This document shows, piece by piece, positions 50,379 to 59,506 of a stretch of 64,000 bases of DNA. The DNA is from Thermodesulfobacteriota bacterium (GTDB lineage: Bacteria; Desulfobacterota_D; UBA1144; Nemesobacterales; UBA2774). The translations under genes were made by a program, and so were the position numbers. Each line of letters opens with the position of its first letter. Positions within the stretch are counted from its first letter, which is position 1. Location of the stretch: contig OZ244197.1 in assembly GCA_965216785.1 (NCBI GenBank), forward strand, positions 2,400,001 through 2,464,000. The letters are read 5' to 3'. Under the pieces are notes generated by a model. That model was not told the origin of the DNA, made no database searches, and was given only the letters and a program-made list of their open reading frames with translations.

Positions 50379-51614
50379 ATGGGACTTCAAGCCAGGATGA
50401 AGAATTTTAATCCCGGAAACGGCTTTTTTTTAATAATAATATTTATCTTGGTAGCAGTAGCGATTGCGATATTCAACTCTTATTATTTCACCACAACCCT
50501 AAAAGATCAGGAAGCACAGGAGCTTTCTTCTCTATTTAACGATCCTGACAAAAGCTTTGCGGAAACCGCAAAGAGCATACTGGATTCCAGCCAGGAAGTA
50601 GTTTACATTCAGCTGCTTGACGAGCAGGGAACTCTGAAGGAAAGCTTCGGCACTGAAAACGGTGAAGAGCTTGAAATAGTCCCCATTGCAACTTCTGATA
50701 ATGAAACCATAGTTATGGGAATTCTGGCGGGAGACCAGAGAACCCTGGTGCTTTCCGCAGTTCTATGGAGCGCTCTTATCGGTCTTGCTGTTTCCATAGT
50801 GCTTATATTTATATTCTCGCTATTCAACGGAACCAGAGCAGATTCACTTGAGACTCTCATTTCAGGTATGAAAAGCATTTCCCGTGGAGATTTCAAGACG
50901 AGGCTCCACTCGACAGATTCCTCAGACGATGTGAACGTAATCCGCGCGTTCGAGACATTTAATCAGATGGCTGACATGCTGGGCAGAAAGGACTTTGATC
51001 ATCCTGAAGAGGAATCGCTATTCCAGCCTACGCTCATATCCGCAGAAGAAGCCGAAGAAGAGTTCGGACATCCTAAAACGCGCGACGTAACCGTGTTCGT
51101 GGCAAAGATCGCGGACTTTCAGGAGCTCTCTACGACTCTTGACGCGGCGGAATTTAATTCTTTTCTGGCGGACTACAGAAAGGCCGCTTCATCGATTATC
51201 TCTAATTACGGAGGTGTAATCGAAGCGCTTCTTAAAGACGAGATAGTAGCGTTCTTTAACGCCCCGGATGAGCAGAACAAACCTGAGCTCAGGGCAGTGT
51301 GCTCTGCAGTAGAGGTGCTGCAGCTCCTGGCGAGTATCACAAGAGAGCGCAAGATAGAGGGTAAGACCGCCATCAGCGGCAAGATCGGGATTGGAACGAA
51401 GACGCTGTCCGTGTACGAAGAGTCAGGTGTGCCGCACGGAATAAAAGAAGTAACAGATATAGCAAGACACATCAGCACCGTGGCCCCAATCTGGCGCGTG
51501 ATCGTTTCTGATGACGTATATCAAACTTTAGGATCCTATGTCGAGGCAAGGGAGCTTAAGCTCGGCGACGAGTCCTACTTCTCAATCGTGGGTGTTGAAG
51601 AAGGGGCTATTTAA
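50379..51614 (+). CDS. membrane sensor: two TM helices, HAMP and a degenerate class III nucleotidyl cyclase domain
   Basis: Two TM helices; HAMP-like ISRGDF...FNQMADML; cyclase-like RDVTVFVAKIADF, GGVIEALLKDEIVAFFNAP and KIGIG. Confidence 0.75.
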   Translation: MGLQARMKNFNPGNGFFLIIIFILVAVAIAIFNSYYFTTTLKDQEAQELSSLFNDPDKSFAETAKSILDSSQEVVYIQLLDEQGTLKESFGTENGEELEIVPIATSDNETIVMGILAGDQRTLVLSAVLWSALIGLAVSIVLIFIFSLFNGTRADSLETLISGMKSISRGDFKTRLHSTDSSDDVNVIRAFETFNQMADMLGRKDFDHPEEESLFQPTLISAEEAEEEFGHPKTRDVTVFVAKIADFQELSTTLDAAEFNSFLADYRKAASSIISNYGGVIEALLKDEIVAFFNAPDEQNKPELRAVCSAVEVLQLLASITRERKIEGKTAISGKIGIGTKTLSVYEESGVPHGIKEVTDIARHISTVAPIWRVIVSDDVYQTLGSYVEARELKLGDESYFSIVGVEEGAI

Positions 51615-51617
51615 AAT

Positions 51618-51651
51618 TCATTGCGGGGCTCAATCCGAGCCGAAGCAATCC
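51618..51651 (+). repeat. REP-like palindromic element, same family as 31916-31949
   Basis: tcattgcggggctc-aatcc-gagccgaagcaatcc aligns without gaps to tcactgcgtggctc-ggaat-gagccgtggcaatct. Confidence 0.75.
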
Positions 51652-51788
51652 CCAACGATCTAGATGCCAAACGACCATCACCCTGAGTTTTGCAAAAATT
51701 GCAGGACAAACAGTGTACCCGGGCATATAAACTAAATGACTTATAATTTGTTTGATATCCGAACCTTAGGTAATATTTTCTGATTAAT

Positions 51789-52868
51789 ATGAATAAGAAA
51801 AAGATAGTTGTCGCAATGTCGGGCGGTGTGGACAGCACCACTGTGGCGGCGATGCTTAAAAAACAAGGCCACGAAGTTATAGGTATCACGATGCAGCTCC
51901 TTGATTATACGGATGCTGAGGGAGGGTGCTGCGGGTTTGACCACGTTGTGGACGCGAGAAGGACCTCAGAAGAGCTTGGGATTCCTCATTATGTCGTAAA
52001 TTTTACAGACGAATTCAAAAAGCATGTATTGACGGATTATGTGGACAAGTATGAGTCCGGCAAGACGCCTATCCCATGCATACCCTGCAATCAGTTCGTG
52101 AAATTCGATTTGTTGCTCAAGCGCGCTCTGGAATTGGGGGCCGATTATCTGGCCACGGGGCATTACGCTAGAATCGAAGAAAAAAACGGTGTTTACACAC
52201 TAAAGAAAGCACTTGACGAGACTAAGGACCAGACCTATTTTCTCTATACGCTAGGGCAAAAGGAGCTGTCTAAGCTTATGTTCCCGCTCGGAGACCGCAC
52301 AAAGGTACAGGTACGCGAGCTTGCCAGGGAATTTAATCTAAGACCCGCCGACAAACCTGACAGTACGGGAGTTTGCTTTGCGCCTACAGGGAATTACAGG
52401 GATTATCTCAAAGCCCGCTCGGAATTTAAAGAGTCTGAGGGTGAAATAGTAAATACCGAGGGAGCGGTGCTCGGTACCCATAAAGGGGTGTTCTCTTATA
52501 CCGTGGGGCAGAGAAGGGGGCTTGGGATCGCCACCGGAAAGCCTATGTATGTAGCGCGAATCGAGCCTGGAGAAAACCGAGTTGTAGTCGGAGACGATAA
52601 CATACTATACAGGGACAAGCTCATAGCACAGAACATAACATGGATTGATAATATAAGTGATAATAGTGAGATAACTGACATACTTAAAGTAAAAGCTAAA
52701 GTCAGATACCGCCACCCTGCAAGTGATGCGACCGTGACTATGCAGTCCGAAACCGACGCGATTGTGGAATTCAAGGACCGCCAGCGTGCTATAACCCCAG
52801 GGCAAGCCGTGGTATTCTACAGCGATGAAAAGGTGCTCGGGGGCGGCTGGATAGACAAGGTGGTATAA
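51789..52868 (+). CDS. mnmA: tRNA-specific 2-thiouridylase
   Basis: PP-loop AMSGGVDS; PIPCIPCN; ATGHYAR; KDQTYFL; TVGQRRGL; TPGQAVVFY. Confidence 0.97.
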   Translation: MNKKKIVVAMSGGVDSTTVAAMLKKQGHEVIGITMQLLDYTDAEGGCCGFDHVVDARRTSEELGIPHYVVNFTDEFKKHVLTDYVDKYESGKTPIPCIPCNQFVKFDLLLKRALELGADYLATGHYARIEEKNGVYTLKKALDETKDQTYFLYTLGQKELSKLMFPLGDRTKVQVRELAREFNLRPADKPDSTGVCFAPTGNYRDYLKARSEFKESEGEIVNTEGAVLGTHKGVFSYTVGQRRGLGIATGKPMYVARIEPGENRVVVGDDNILYRDKLIAQNITWIDNISDNSEITDILKVKAKVRYRHPASDATVTMQSETDAIVEFKDRQRAITPGQAVVFYSDEKVLGGGWIDKVV

Positions 52869-52903
52869 AATTCTCAATTATTACTGTAAAAAGTAGCTAA
52901 CAT

Positions 52904-54196
52904 ATGAAAACCGTATCATTCGTAACACTCGGCTGTAAGGTAAATCAATACGACACGGCGGTATTGATGAACAAGTTGCCCAGGAGCCGCTATAAAACCG
53001 TCCCGTTTACGGAAAAAGCGGACGTTTATGTAATAGACACCTGCACCGTGACCCATAAAGCGGACGCGGAGGCAAGGAATTACGTGTATAGAGCCAAGCG
53101 CGCGAACCCCGAGGGTGTAGTCGTCGTAACGGGCTGCTACGCTCAGGTCTCTTCAGATGAGCTTACAGGGGTGGACGGGGTCGACTACGTAATCGGCAAT
53201 TCCGACAAGTTTACCTCTCTTCTCAAGGTGATAAGGGAAGGAGAGCAGCAGCCGCAAACCAGGGTTTTCAGATCGGATATATTCAAAGAGAAGAAAAAGA
53301 GCTTTGAAAGCCCTGATATTGAAAATTTCCCCGGACGCACAAGAGCATTTCTAAAGGTACAGGACGGGTGTAATTACGCCTGCAGCTTCTGTATTATCCC
53401 GCGCGCCAGAGGGCGCTCGCGTAGCCTTGAGGTTCCGGAGATTCTATCGCGCATGGAAAAGCTCTCCCTTGCGGGATATAAAGAGATTGTTCTTACCGGC
53501 ATACACATCGCGAGCTACGGACGGGATATCGGCACTACTTTTTATGAGCTTATCAAGCAAATAGAAGAGGCGAAGATCGTAGGCCGGGTAAGGCTTACTT
53601 CGCTTGACCCGGCGGATTTCGACACTGAGTTTATAGACTATGTGGCTTCGGCTAAAACTATATGTCCTCAGTTCCACGTGGCTCTTCAGAGCGGCGACAG
53701 GGACGTGCTCAAGAGAATGAGGCGCCGCTACGCTCCACAAAGATTCCTTGAGCTTACAAACCGGATAAGAGAGAGAATGCCAGAGGCCGCCATTGGCTCT
53801 GACATTATGGTCGGTTTTCCGGGCGAGACTGAGGAGGAGTTTCAAAACACTTACAATGTCGCTCAGGAATCGCCGCTCACATATTTTCATGTGTTCCCGT
53901 ACTCAAAGAGAAAAATGACCTCGGCGGCCGTGATGCCCGATCAGATACGACCGGAAATTATAAAGCACAGAAGTAAAGAGCTTAGGGAGCTTGGCTCACA
54001 GAAAAAATCCGAGTTCGTTCAAGGTTTTGTAGGAAAAACACTTCCAGTGCTCGTCGAGACCCACTCTAAGGGTACGACGCCAAATTACATTTCCGTCAAG
54101 CTTGACGACAAGGGCTTAAAAGTCGGAGACGAGGTCGATGTAACCATAACAGGAGTAAACGGCGAGGTAGCCCTCGGGACTACAGCTTTAATTTAA
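52904..54196 (+). CDS. mtaB: tRNA t6A37 methylthiotransferase
   Basis: TLGCKVNQYD, TCTVT, RTRAFLKVQDGCNYACSFC and HVFPYS. Confidence 0.92.
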   Translation: MKTVSFVTLGCKVNQYDTAVLMNKLPRSRYKTVPFTEKADVYVIDTCTVTHKADAEARNYVYRAKRANPEGVVVVTGCYAQVSSDELTGVDGVDYVIGNSDKFTSLLKVIREGEQQPQTRVFRSDIFKEKKKSFESPDIENFPGRTRAFLKVQDGCNYACSFCIIPRARGRSRSLEVPEILSRMEKLSLAGYKEIVLTGIHIASYGRDIGTTFYELIKQIEEAKIVGRVRLTSLDPADFDTEFIDYVASAKTICPQFHVALQSGDRDVLKRMRRRYAPQRFLELTNRIRERMPEAAIGSDIMVGFPGETEEEFQNTYNVAQESPLTYFHVFPYSKRKMTSAAVMPDQIRPEIIKHRSKELRELGSQKKSEFVQGFVGKTLPVLVETHSKGTTPNYISVKLDDKGLKVGDEVDVTITGVNGEVALGTTALI

Positions 54197-54236
54197 TCTA
54201 CTCACTTAGTGCGGTTATCATTATAATTATCATTTA

Positions 54237-55163
54237 ATGCGAAATAAAATCACGCCGTTAATCTTCATCTTCTATATAGTGTTCACATCCTGCCGGATTG
54301 GGTATTCGGGGGGAGACGAGCTCCTACAGGCCGACTGGTACGATCCCGCGGACACGCTTACCGTATGGGCGCTTGCCGACATCCAGCCAACAGAGCAGGG
54401 GGACAGAGATGCATTTGAGATCGCGATAGAGGACATTAACGAAAACGTTCCGGGCGTTGACCTGGCAATAGTGGCCGGAGACATAGTAAACGTTACCGAG
54501 GAAGAAGTGTTTGACTGGTACGTAGAGACGCGGGACGGCTCGTACATTGAGGATTGGTATGAGATCATAGGCAATCATGATCTGAAATCAGATAGGGGAA
54601 AGCTTTTTAGAGAGAAGCTGAGAGAAGATGTGGATTACTCGGTCACGATCGGGAATATACTTTTTATCTTCATGTCAGACGCCGAGCGGGGGAAGGCAAC
54701 GGAGATACCCGACGAGGTATTTAACTGGTGGAAGGAACTCGTCATAAATAACCAGGATAAAATTATTGTTGTCACAACGCATGCCCCGCTAGAAGGGAGC
54801 GGAATACCGTTTTCGGGATGGACCGACAGGCAGATAATAGACTCAGAGAGATTTACAGAAGTCCTGAGAAAATATAACGTAGACCTATGGCTATCGGGCC
54901 ACCTGCATCTTCCGCACTCTATGTGGAACGCTACTGTAGAAAAAGAAGAGTTTGGAGGCACCGAGTTTGTGCACCTCTCATCCATCCGGCCCGAGATCTT
55001 GGGAATGAAAGAATCCGAGTCCCGAGTGCTCACTTTCGTATGCGGCTCCGATAAGGTGCTCGTAAGAGTTAGAAACCATAAAAGGTTTGATTATATCCCG
55101 CATCTTGATGAAGTATTTACACTCTCTAAGAGTTATGAGTGCAGCGATATTGAGGGCGACTAA
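54237..55163 (+). CDS. exported metallophosphoesterase
   Basis: N-terminal hydrophobic/lipobox-like region; ADIQ, AGDI, GNHD and GHLH. Confidence 0.85.
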   Translation: MRNKITPLIFIFYIVFTSCRIGYSGGDELLQADWYDPADTLTVWALADIQPTEQGDRDAFEIAIEDINENVPGVDLAIVAGDIVNVTEEEVFDWYVETRDGSYIEDWYEIIGNHDLKSDRGKLFREKLREDVDYSVTIGNILFIFMSDAERGKATEIPDEVFNWWKELVINNQDKIIVVTTHAPLEGSGIPFSGWTDRQIIDSERFTEVLRKYNVDLWLSGHLHLPHSMWNATVEKEEFGGTEFVHLSSIRPEILGMKESESRVLTFVCGSDKVLVRVRNHKRFDYIPHLDEVFTLSKSYECSDIEGD

Positions 55164-56779
55164 AGAACCAGCTTTCTACGCTTCAGATAATCCACTAGTA
55201 AATATTTGCCTAATTGGTCGGGTTTTGTAAAAAAAGCTCTCCCCTTGTTCACACGCGTCATCTCGTCAACGAAGCGTCTTAGCGAAGGGCTGTCGTCAAG
55301 CATAAAAGTGTTGATACGGATACCCATAGAGGTAACTCTTTTTACTTCCTTTAGAGTCTCGAACGTTGCTCTCGGGCTAAGCCCCCCGAAGAACATCGGG
55401 AGCTCTACCTGAAGATACCCGTCGGTTTTATAGGCCGTGGGCTGTCCGTCCGTAATAAGTATTATCTGCTTATTCGAGTTCTTATGCTTTGACAGTGTCG
55501 AAGCGGCCGCGGCAAGAGCATCCTGGATATTTGTAAACGGGTCGTTAGAGTCCCAAGTGGTCACGGCAAGCTCTTTTGTCGTAAGGGACCTTGCGCCGGT
55601 TGAAAATCCGATGATATAGAAATTGTCCCTTGCGAATCGGGTTTTTACCAGGTGATCGAGCGCGAGCGCAACGCGCTTTGCCGCGGGGAAGCGCCCTTGA
55701 AAGCTCATAGACCAGCTAAGGTCTAAAAGAAGGACAGTCGCGGCATGCGTCTGATACTCAGAATCATAGACCTCAAAATCAGAGGGCTCAAGATCAATCT
55801 TTATTTGCTCTGCGCTCAAATCCCCTTGCTCTCTGGAAAGTGAGTTTTTAAGCGTGTCTACGATATTTAGATCAAAAGGGTCGCCGTACTCATACTCCTT
55901 GGTCTCATCCCGCTTCGTGCTTCCCGAGCCCCTGAGTCCGGTCTCATGCTCTGAGAGCTCACGCCGTTTGAGTGCCGAGAATATATCGCCGAGCGTCTTC
56001 TCTCCGATCTTTCTTATCCCTTTTGGTGTAAGCTCGGTACGCTCACCGATTGTTCTGATCAGACCACCATCCTCTAGCACAGAGCGGAAGCTCTTTAGTA
56101 CCAGAATAGAATCATAACCCTTTTCGCTGAGGATCTCTCTTAGCTCTTCTTCCCGTATCTCTCCTATATTCCCAGACATCATCATTCGCTCCACGCGCTC
56201 AAGCTCTCCGAAAATGCCCATAAGCTCAAGCGTTTCATCAAACCCAAGCGTGTCGTCTCCCGTGAACTTATCTGCCATCCTGTGAATAAATTTCTCAACA
56301 TTTTTTATATCATCAAGTTTCGACAGCAAAGAGTTATACATCTCCCGGGCCCCAGGGTCTGTAAAATCATATTCCCCCAAATTCTCTATCGCCTGACTCA
56401 GCCTCTCAGGAAGGTTCTCCAAAAATTTTAGTTTGGAATCAAGTTCGGGCGACCCTTTCTCCATTTCGTTTTTTAAATTTGAGGTTTCTTTTTCTAAGGC
56501 GCTTTCCAGGAGGTTTTTAATCTCTTCGAGAGATTGCCCGAGGTTGTAGGTTTCAAAAATATTTTGCTTATATGAGGACAGCTCGCCCCTTAACTGATCG
56601 ATACCGAAGGTGCCCTCATCCTGACCCCCGATGCCCTGTTTCAATATCCATTCATATGCCTCATCCGGGGTCCAGCCCTCCATTAGGTATTTCGATAGCT
56701 CATCGAAACAATCCCCTGCAGTGACTTCAGGACCGGACTGAGTGCCGTCCCATTTTCTATATCTAAACTTAGTGCTCAT
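55160..56779 (-). CDS. VWA-domain protein, partner of the adjacent AAA+ ATPase
   Basis: MIDAS motif LLDLSWSM; TNIQDAL; ITDGQPT. Confidence 0.88.
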   Translation of the reverse strand: MSTKFRYRKWDGTQSGPEVTAGDCFDELSKYLMEGWTPDEAYEWILKQGIGGQDEGTFGIDQLRGELSSYKQNIFETYNLGQSLEEIKNLLESALEKETSNLKNEMEKGSPELDSKLKFLENLPERLSQAIENLGEYDFTDPGAREMYNSLLSKLDDIKNVEKFIHRMADKFTGDDTLGFDETLELMGIFGELERVERMMMSGNIGEIREEELREILSEKGYDSILVLKSFRSVLEDGGLIRTIGERTELTPKGIRKIGEKTLGDIFSALKRRELSEHETGLRGSGSTKRDETKEYEYGDPFDLNIVDTLKNSLSREQGDLSAEQIKIDLEPSDFEVYDSEYQTHAATVLLLDLSWSMSFQGRFPAAKRVALALDHLVKTRFARDNFYIIGFSTGARSLTTKELAVTTWDSNDPFTNIQDALAAAASTLSKHKNSNKQIILITDGQPTAYKTDGYLQVELPMFFGGLSPRATFETLKEVKRVTSMGIRINTFMLDDSPSLRRFVDEMTRVNKGRAFFTKPDQLGKYLLVDYLKRRKLVL

Positions 56780-56788
56780 GCGAGGCTT

Positions 56789-58186
56789 TTACTTATATAT
56801 TATAGTTCCCCCAACGTTCTCTTTATTGAGCTTATTGGACAGGTGAAGGCCCTCAAGAGCAAACTCCACAGCGGAGGCGATCTCAGAAGGGGATTTGCCG
56901 ACATTAAGTTTGCCGATGCATTTCCTGAGTCCTTTAACCTCTGACAGCCCCTGAATGTAATCCTCTGAAGGCATGGTGTCCGAAACCTCGACGTAACCGT
57001 GTTCAAAGCTCTCAATGAGCTCTGAAAGCTCATCTAATGAAGGGAAGTAAGAATCGAAAACGGTTTTAACAGAGCGCTTTACGAGCTTATCCACCACAGC
57101 CTGCTCGGATGAGTCCTCACCCAGGTACTCAAGCTCTATCTTGCCCCCTGTTGAGGCCGTTACGGCTCCGAGGTCAGTAATCCTGGGCGTAACTTCGCGC
57201 TCACCGAGCCTGATCCCTCTTTTTGATGCAACCGCTCCGAGACTCTCGTAATTTGCGATCGTAGTCCTGACGCTCACCCCCGAGAGCTGGTTGATTTCAT
57301 CGGATTCCCTTGCCTGAAACGAAATTTCCGCGATTATTTGTTTTATAAATTCCGGGACATTTAACTTTACTCCCTCAATACAACCTACCTGTGCTTCCTG
57401 CTCCATTATTTCTATCTCTATCTCTCTCGTTCTCGGGTAGTGGGTGCTTATCTGCGCCTGGAAGCGGTCTTTAAGAGGGGTGATGATCCTGCCCCTGTTT
57501 GTATAATCTTCAGGGTTGGCGGTAGCCACAAGGCATATATCGAGCGGCAGTCTTATTTTATATCCCTTTATTTGTATGTCTTTTTCCTCCATGACGTTAA
57601 AAAGCCCGACCTGGACTTTTTCGATGAGGTCCGGAAGCTCGTTAATGGCGAATATACCCCTGTTGGAGCGCGGGATGAGACCGAAGTGAATAGTCATCTC
57701 ATCTGACAGATACCGCCCCTCTGCAACTTTTATCGGATCTACTTCACCTATGAGGTCGGCTACGGATACATCCGGCGTTGCCAGCTTTTCAGTGTAACGG
57801 TCCATTCTCTGAACCCACTCGATCTGTGTTTCGTCTCCATACTCCTCTACGATTGCTCTCGCCTTTTTACTTACGGGAGAGTAGGGGCTGTCGTTGAGCT
57901 CACTCCCCTTGATTATCGGAGTCTCTTCGTCAAGTAAGCCCGTGAGCGCTCTTATTAGTCTTGATTTAGCCTGCCCTCTCTCTCCGATAAACACCATGTC
58001 GTGCCCGGCAAGAACAGCGGTTTCGATCCGGGGGATCACACTGTCTTGATATCCGATGATCCCGGGGAATACGCACTCTCCAGAGCGGAGCTTTAAGATA
58101 AGGTTTTTCCTCATCTCATTCTTCACCGATAGCACCCTGTACTCGCTTGCTCTGAGCTCCCCTAGTGTGGATGGTTTTTTTATCAT
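56789..58186 (-). CDS. Mg-chelatase ChlI-like AAA+ ATPase
   Basis: GERGQAKS, INELPDL and ATANPEDYTNRGRIITPLKDRF. Confidence 0.88.
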   Translation of the reverse strand: MIKKPSTLGELRASEYRVLSVKNEMRKNLILKLRSGECVFPGIIGYQDSVIPRIETAVLAGHDMVFIGERGQAKSRLIRALTGLLDEETPIIKGSELNDSPYSPVSKKARAIVEEYGDETQIEWVQRMDRYTEKLATPDVSVADLIGEVDPIKVAEGRYLSDEMTIHFGLIPRSNRGIFAINELPDLIEKVQVGLFNVMEEKDIQIKGYKIRLPLDICLVATANPEDYTNRGRIITPLKDRFQAQISTHYPRTREIEIEIMEQEAQVGCIEGVKLNVPEFIKQIIAEISFQARESDEINQLSGVSVRTTIANYESLGAVASKRGIRLGEREVTPRITDLGAVTASTGGKIELEYLGEDSSEQAVVDKLVKRSVKTVFDSYFPSLDELSELIESFEHGYVEVSDTMPSEDYIQGLSEVKGLRKCIGKLNVGKSPSEIASAVEFALEGLHLSNKLNKENVGGTIIYK

Positions 58187-58253
58187 AAATAGAGTCTCCG
58201 GACTTACGAATGTTCTCCCTATAATGACATTATAGTAGGCTCTGCTATTAATT

Positions 58254-58279
58254 TGAAGCCTTTTTTCATTTAGGGCGTC
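58254..58279 (+). promoter_or_regulatory. ECF-type (likely autoregulatory) promoter
   Basis: TGAAGC-N16-CGTC just upstream of the ECF sigma gene. Confidence 0.5.
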
Positions 58280-58295
58280 TTAATAATGTAGGGTA

Positions 58296-59003
58296 TTGCC
58301 GAAACAAAAGAGTGCCTGTATCGGAATAGCTATGGAGAGAGGGTTCATAAAGAGATTTATCAATACGATTACGCGCGCTAAGAGCAGCGATGACAGCGCT
58401 ATGTCGGCCATAGCGGACGAAGAGCTTGTGCGGATGTATATCGAGCGGGAAGACGAGCTGATTTTCGAAGAAATCCTGAGCCGGCACGCGGATAAGGTAT
58501 TCGGCTTGGCGCTTCGGATAACTCGTACTACGGAAGACGCGGAAGAGGTTTTTCAAGAGGTATTCATGACCCTGACTAAAAAGATCGGCACATTCAGAGG
58601 GGAATCCAAATTTTCAAGCTGGCTCTACAGAGTCACTGCCAACGCTTCCTACATGCGCATACGGTCTGAGAAAAAGCACGAAAATAACCTTAGTCTCGAA
58701 AGCTATGCCCCTTATGATGAAAAAGGGACATTAATGGGTAGAATTAAAAATAAGGATTGGAGCAGCAGACCCGACCTCGCGATCTTCAGTAAAGAAGCCG
58801 TCACGATTATTGAGAACTCTATTAACGAGCTACCTGAGTCTAATCGCGTAGTGTTTCATCTAAGGGATATAGAAGGCCTTTCAAATGAAGAAGCCGCAGA
58901 GGTATTGGGGCTCAGCGTTACGGCGGTTAAATCGAGGCTACACAGGGCAAGGCTTTTTTTGAGAGACAAGCTTTCAGATTATTTTTATGAATGGAGAAGG
59001 TAG
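58296..59003 (+). CDS. ECF sigma factor (RpoE-like); start may be the ATG at 58332
   Basis: DAEEVFQEVF, FRGESKFSSWLYRV and VKSRLHRAR. Confidence 0.93.
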   Translation: MPKQKSACIGIAMERGFIKRFINTITRAKSSDDSAMSAIADEELVRMYIEREDELIFEEILSRHADKVFGLALRITRTTEDAEEVFQEVFMTLTKKIGTFRGESKFSSWLYRVTANASYMRIRSEKKHENNLSLESYAPYDEKGTLMGRIKNKDWSSRPDLAIFSKEAVTIIENSINELPESNRVVFHLRDIEGLSNEEAAEVLGLSVTAVKSRLHRARLFLRDKLSDYFYEWRR

Positions 59004-59296
59004 TAAAAATCGAGGATGAACTAAGCGAGAGTGAAATAATGACAAATCCACCACACGGATTCATGTGTAAAGACGTAGTAGAAAATATCATGGATTATAT
59101 AGACAAGGAGCTTGACCTTGAAACCCTAACAGAGCTTGAGAAGCACACGGGAATGTGTCCTGAGTGCAGGGCGTTTGTAGACACTTACAAGCGCATGCTC
59201 GATCTTGCGGGAAAGCTCAAAGAAAAGAAATTCGTCACCCCTGAAATAAGAAACCGCCTCAGAATTTTGCTCCAATCCAAAGTAAAACCAAGCTGA
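58991..59296 (+). CDS. soluble zinc-finger (zf-HC2/ZAS) anti-sigma factor
   Basis: C...DYID...HTGMCPEC (HxxxCxxC); overlaps the ECF sigma stop; no TM segment. Confidence 0.88.
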   Translation: MEKVVKIEDELSESEIMTNPPHGFMCKDVVENIMDYIDKELDLETLTELEKHTGMCPECRAFVDTYKRMLDLAGKLKEKKFVTPEIRNRLRILLQSKVKPS

Positions 59297-59400
59297 TTTT
59301 AAGCTGCGATAACGCTCATTACAGCAAGGCTGCTCATTACCCAAGTATTTCCACACTATAAATGACTCTTAAATAACGCATTCTAAAGTCATATTAAAAG

Positions 59401-59438
59401 AAGAATATTAGAGCATCCTTGTACTAATATTCTTTTTT
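59401..59438 (+). terminator. AT-rich hairpin plus T-tract after the sigma/anti-sigma operon
   Basis: aagaatattag-N12-ctaatattctt followed by tttt. Confidence 0.5.
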
Positions 59439-59506
59439 ATCCGAGATAAAAAAACCTATGTTAATTTTTCTACTTTTGAATTATAATTAGCTTTGGGTGA
59501 TAGGTT

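Noticed and set aside
56789-58186. Magnesium chelatase for (bacterio)chlorophyll synthesis
   Set aside because: No ChlH/BchH or photosynthesis genes; fits the generic AAA+/VWA pair.
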